Origin: an uncultured Zetaproteobacteria bacterium
Lineage (GTDB): Bacteria; Pseudomonadota; Zetaproteobacteria; Mariprofundales; Mariprofundaceae
Direction of reading: 5' to 3'
DNA: 38,494 nucleotides
Assembly: GCA_964432195.1 (NCBI GenBank)
Contig: CAYSMR010000001.1
Location: 1 to 38,494, forward strand
Numbering within the stretch: position 1 is the stretch's first letter; each line of letters opens with the position of its first letter. A model generated the notes under the pieces. That model ran no database searches. It was given only the letters and a program-made list of their open reading frames with translations, and was not told where the DNA came from. Positions 36,867 through 38,494 of the stretch are shown here, piece by piece. The position numbers and the translations under genes were made by a program.

Positions 36867-38222
36867 TCACGACAGCAGCGCGCTGCAGTGATCCCGGATC
36901 GCAGCGCTCAACGGCTCGCCGATATCGAGCATTAGCCCCTCATCCTCGGCCTCGATCATAATACGCAGTTTCGGTTCGGTGCCGGACATGCGCACATTGA
37001 TGCGACCGTTGCCGCCAAGCCGCTCCTCGGCATCGGCAATCAGCGCCTGTACCTGCTCGTCAGCGAGCACATCGCGACGCTCCGGCAGCAGGATATTCCA
37101 CAGCTTCTGCGGGAACAGCGTCATACCGGCAGCCATCTCCGACAGCGGCTTGTCCTGCTCGCTCATCGCCGAGAGCAGCTGCAGGCCGGTCATCAGGCCG
37201 TCGCCGGTCGTGTTATGGTCGAGCAGAATCATATGGCCGGACTGCTCGCCGCCGATATTGCAGCCGAGCGCGCGCATCATCTCCAGCACATAGCGATCGC
37301 CGACCGCGGCCCGGTGCATCGTCAGCCCCAGTTCGCCGAGATAGCGCTCCAGCCCCATATTGCTCATCAGCGTCGTCACCACGCCGTCGCCGTTCAACGC
37401 GCCCGCGCCATGCGCATGTTCGGCCAAAATCGCAATCACCCGGTCGCCGTCGACAATATTGCCGTCCGCATCGCAGGCGATCAGACGGTCGGCATCGCCA
37501 TCGAGCGCCAGCCCGATATCGGCGCCCGACTCGACCACGCGCCGCATCATCGATTCAGGATAGGTCGAACCGCATTCGCGATTGATGTTGTAGCCGTCAG
37601 GCTCATTGTGCATCGCAATCACATCGCAGCCGAGCTCCTGCAGAATGCGCGGCGCAACATCATAGGCGGCGCCGTTGGCGCAATCGATCACCACCTTGAA
37701 GCCGTCCAGACGCATGCCGCGCGGCAGCGAGCTCTTGAGAAACTCGATATAGCGGCCGCGCGCATCATCGACGCGGGCCGCCTTGCCGATATCCAGCGCC
37801 GGCGGCAGCGGCGGCAGTTCGTCGATGCAGGCCTCGATCTCCAACTCGATCGCATCGGGCAGTTTGAACCCGTCCGCACCAAAAAACTTGATACCGTTAT
37901 CGCCGGCCGGATTGTGCGATGCCGACAGCATGACGCCGGCATCGGCGCGCAGGCTGCGGGTCAAATAGGCCACGGCCGGCGTCGGCACCGGGCCAACTAG
38001 CAGCACATTCATCCCCTGCGCCGTCAGCCCGGCGCACAGGGCCGACTCGATCATATAACCGGAGAGGCGCGTATCCTTGCCGATCAGAATATGGGGCTGA
38101 TGGGCCAGATGACGGGTCAGCACATGCCCGGCCGCGCGGCCGAGCGTCAGTGCAAACTCGGCCGTCATCGGACTCCGGTTGACCGTGCCGCGCACGCCGT
38201 CGGTACCGAAATATCGTCTCAT
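36867..38222 (-). CDS. glmM: Phosphoglucosamine mutase
   Basis: RYFGTDGVRG, GKDTRLSGY, SASHN, DGDADR, GGEQSGH, RMSGTEP. Confidence 0.97.
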   Translation of the reverse strand: MRRYFGTDGVRGTVNRSPMTAEFALTLGRAAGHVLTRHLAHQPHILIGKDTRLSGYMIESALCAGLTAQGMNVLLVGPVPTPAVAYLTRSLRADAGVMLSASHNPAGDNGIKFFGADGFKLPDAIELEIEACIDELPPLPPALDIGKAARVDDARGRYIEFLKSSLPRGMRLDGFKVVIDCANGAAYDVAPRILQELGCDVIAMHNEPDGYNINRECGSTYPESMMRRVVESGADIGLALDGDADRLIACDADGNIVDGDRVIAILAEHAHGAGALNGDGVVTTLMSNMGLERYLGELGLTMHRAAVGDRYVLEMMRALGCNIGGEQSGHMILLDHNTTGDGLMTGLQLLSAMSEQDKPLSEMAAGMTLFPQKLWNILLPERRDVLADEQVQALIADAEERLGGNGRINVRMSGTEPKLRIMIEAEDEGLMLDIGEPLSAAIRDHCSALLS

Positions 38223-38494
38223 GGTTCACTCCCTGTCAGCGGATGACTGCGCGGCTTCAGCTGCAGCACCCCCTGCACGATAATATCCACCTTGCCGCCG
38301 GCCAGCCGGATCGCCTTGCCGGACGGGCTCTCGATGCCGGTCTTGATCTCGAACGGACCGGCCTTGAGCTCCGGCCGGATCGGCGTCGTATCAACAGCGC
38401 GCAGCGCCTCCAGCCACACCTCCGGGCCGGTCAGCTCCACCTTGTCCGGCCGAATGCTGATCTGCAGCGCCTGCCAGGCGGCTGGCAGTTCAAA
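38219..38494 (-). CDS. C-terminus of a YbbR/CdaR-like protein (5'-truncated)
   Basis: Frame is open to the window edge: FELPAAWQALQISIRPDKVELTGPEVWLEALRAVDTTPI..., which has the PxxVxxxGP..L..V.T.PI pattern of YbbR domains. ATGA overlap with the glmM start. Confidence 0.6.
   Translation of the reverse strand, partial: FELPAAWQALQISIRPDKVELTGPEVWLEALRAVDTTPIRPELKAGPFEIKTGIESPSGKAIRLAGGKVDIIVQGVLQLKPRSHPLTGSEP

Overview
GC-rich proteobacterial chromosome segment. Gene order and protein style suggest a Mariprofundus-like zetaproteobacterium (inference, not verified). About 22 kb is one co-oriented minus-strand housekeeping block: rpsB-tsf-pyrH-frr-uppS-cdsA-dxr-rseP-bamA-skp-lpxD-fabZ-lpxA-lpxI-lpxB, directly followed by yceD-rpmF-plsX-fabH-fabD-fabG-acpP-fabF-pabB. 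Further on come an M50 protease, a membrane-anchored SPOR-like protein, panBCD plus an FAD-dependent oxidoreductase, a small accessory islet, ubiG-lptD-surA-pdxA-yqgE, glmM and the end of a CdaR/YbbR-like gene. No tRNA, rRNA, CRISPR array or transposase was seen. The most unusual signals are five. (1) A 1.5 kb islet holds an orphan LuxR-type regulator, a 28-bp palindrome, a lipoprotein gene interrupted by one in-frame TAG and a coupled 89-aa gene. (2) A multi-hairpin intergenic element is present twice (4047-4195 and 36615-36776) with shared motifs, compensatory changes and an IHF-like site. (3) An (AGGTGAGC)5 repeat at the uppS/cdsA junction forms a chain of overlapping stop/start codons. (4) SurA is fused to an extra NTF2-like domain. 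(5) A CdaR-like gene is coupled to glmM.
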